Assembly: GCF_004010195.1 (NCBI RefSeq)
Contig: NC_057749.1
Coordinates: 5,807,339 to 5,871,338, forward strand
Length of the DNA stretch: 64,000 bases
DNA from: Chiloscyllium plagiosum
Lineage: Eukaryota
Direction: 5' to 3'
Made by a program: the position numbers and the translations under genes. Shown here one piece after another: positions 61,533 to 64,000 of this stretch (the stretch's first letter is position 1; each line of letters opens with the position of its first letter). Below the pieces are notes generated by a model that did not search any database, was not told the origin of the DNA, and was given only the letters and a program-made list of their open reading frames with translations.

Positions 61533-64000
61533 TTCTTATGAGGTAGCATTGTATTGGAATGTTGAGGTGAAGGGTAATGGTTCATTTTTTATTGTAGTAT
61601 TACTGTTTGCTAATGTGGGAGCAATTAGCTTTCTCGGTATGTGGTTTCATGCTATTATATAAGTGAAATTTTATTTATAAATGTTATATGAGCATTGTCG
61701 ATGAGCTTTATGTTTTTAAAACAAATGAAATAAATATTTGCCTAAACATAGCAGGACGTCACAAAGTGTTTCAGAAACAATGAATTACTTTGACAATTAC
61801 TAACCAGTAGTCTGGCTGTTACAATAGCAACTATTCACACAGTAAAGGAGCACACAGCAATGTGATGAATGGTCAGTAAATCTGTATATGGATGTTTTCA
61901 GTTGAGGGCAGGCTGTGATGTTAAGATATCAGTGTGGCTCTTTGCTGTCCCTTTAATTAATGGCCAGAATCTTTAACATTGACCTGAACGAAAGTGAGAC
62001 ATTGCTTTTGTTGTATGCTTTATCCTGAGCACAGTGCCTCTAACAATGCAGCAATCCTTCAATGTGGTAAAGGCAGCACCCTTGCCATTTGTTAGCTTAG
62101 CTCTGTTTATAGTATTCACCTTCTTTCACATAGGAGGTTACGAGTAACATTCCCACCTGTTACATACTTCTATTGTCTAATTTGACTCAGGGAAACGTAG
62201 CGATGACACTAGTATCTAAGCATATTAGGGACTTTATTTACAGAATTTTAGACAATGTCTACGCCATCCTTCCTGCTCAGCTTCTAGTACATTCTGTGGT
62301 GTCTGTTGCATGTCCTCTGGTACATTGCTTAACCAATCAATCACAGATAGTATCTGTTACTTACCAGTCTCACGCATCAAACACAGAACAATCATACCAT
62401 TCAATACTCCACCAGCCCAAGATCTAATGTGAAATGTAGCCTGACATTTCAATACTTTCTTAAACGCTGGGGATGCTGTATTGCTGAAAATGCAGTCTTG
62501 TCGATAAAATGTTAAATCGAGATTTCACCCCCGCCCCCACCATTCAAATTGACATAAGAGTCTGATTCACTATTTTTTATTTTCACCGACTTGAAATCCT
62601 GAGACTTCCTAACTGACAGTACAAGCGATTCAAGATGAAGGGCCACCATCATCCTTTCAAGGGTAACTAGGGCACTAAATGCAAGCCTTGCCCACCTCCT
62701 CAAAATGAAGCATGCAAAGAATGCAGTTATCTAATGAATTGACCAACTTTCCTCCCCTAGCTATTTGATCACTTAGTCCAAATGCTTCCAGTTGTTGAAG
62801 TCTTGCCTGCTGCATTTGGCTCAGTATCAATAACAACTCCACTTCAGAAGTAATTAAGTCACCGTGAGGTATTTTGGAGTCCTGTGAGCTTATAGTAAAG
62901 GCACTGTATGAATGCAAGTTCTTCCTTTCAAGAAAGAGACAGCACAGTTGGCTTTCATATGTCATTTTGACACCTTTGGAGTTGCATGGTTCTGCTCAGA
63001 GCTCCTTTTCATCTGCATTATAAGCAACATGGAACTGGCAATGCAGCTCAGTTGAATTGGCATAAAGGCAATATTATAGATCTCAATTGATGATTATAAA
63101 TTGTTCTGGATTGGTGTTAAATAAACAGCAGAGGGTGGTTGTACTTGCAATAGTAACCCACCAAGTGGTGTTATCATCTATTTGTTTCAATCACAAGTTG
63201 GATTATTTGTGTAGACAACAAGTAGAAAGCCATCTGTTCTTCTTCTGCCACACGCTGCTGAAGTGTTGGAAAAAGAAAGCAAACATATTAATCATCTAAG
63301 ATGTTAGCGGGTAAGCAGCATCCCATTTGAAGCATTAAAGCATGGTGCCATATAGTATTATTACATTTGCCAGAAGGTGACTTCTGATCTCAAGCTATCT
63401 TTCAGGCTGTCTTGTCTAGGTGTCCAGAATGGGAAATATCTTGTATATCAATAGCAACAGGGTAGGGAATTTGGTAGCTCTAATATCTTGCACAGAATCT
63501 GGCAAAATGGAAGCGTTATTGTCGGAAAAATATGGTCAGGTTGCAGAGATTCTGATGGATCACTTGCTCCCTCATATCCTCCATCATTTTGGTAATTTTC
63601 CACCACAACTGACAGACGTACAGCCTGTTTACTTACATTCTGTTGCATGTCCCTCTGCTACATTAGTGCCAGGAATTAGACATTGTTATTAAACATTGTT
63701 CAAATAATTAAGCCTAACTGACATGGAGCATCCAGAATGTTATTACATTTGGCACTGAGTAGTGCTCAGTCTAAATTTATTCCACTAAAATAAACAAAGA
63801 TGTTGGAAATCTGAAATAAAACAGAAACTTAGCTGGTCTAGCAGAATCTGTGGAGAAAGAAACAGTGTTAAAAGTTTTGAGTCTGGTAAGACGTATCTTT
63901 GGAACCTGTGACATTGGCAAGACAAGTATTTGCAGCCCATCCTGGATTGCCCAGGAGCTGAGTGGCTTCCTTGGCCATTTCATAGTCAATAATATTACTG

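Larger units (their letters stand above)
23237..64000 (+). other. HCN4: HCN4 intron 1 (runs past the window end)
   Basis: GT donor at 23237. No exon-2 peptide ([21 protein letters not shown]-like) was seen in the ORF track or by eye downstream. Confidence 0.8.

Noticed and set aside
119..63989. The many 60-140 aa ORFs in the track
   Set aside because: They map to SINE, LINE or PLE fragments or to low-complexity DNA. None resembles a host protein apart from HCN4 exon 1.

Overview
Vertebrate genomic DNA, almost certainly from a cartilaginous fish: the HE1/V-SINE, HER1/CR1 LINE and Penelope-like repeat complement points to a shark (inference). The only host coding sequence I can support is coding exon 1 of HCN4, the pacemaker HCN channel (22572-23236, + strand). 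It sits in a GC/CpG-rich promoter region and is followed by more than 40 kb of intron 1, with no exon 2 found in the window. About 1 kb into the intron there is a near-perfect RE1/NRSE (REST) silencer. The rest is a dense, nested mosaic of SINEs, CR1/L2-type LINE fragments, solo LTRs, a TA-flanked MITE and several Penelope-like families whose ends carry minimal hammerhead-ribozyme motifs. The most unusual signal is a short poly(A)-tailed retroposon, possibly Tx1-like, that has inserted repeatedly at the same site in the TATA box of one LTR family: three copies stacked at 3.7-4.35 kb, one at 50.75 kb, and an empty site at 60.36 kb. Local rearrangements include a nested inverted duplication (59.3-60.5 kb) and a 194-bp near-identical direct copy (48.16/49.47 kb). 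Assembly gaps lie at 1750-1796 and 20115-20680. Repeat boundaries were read by eye and are approximate unless a TSD is quoted.
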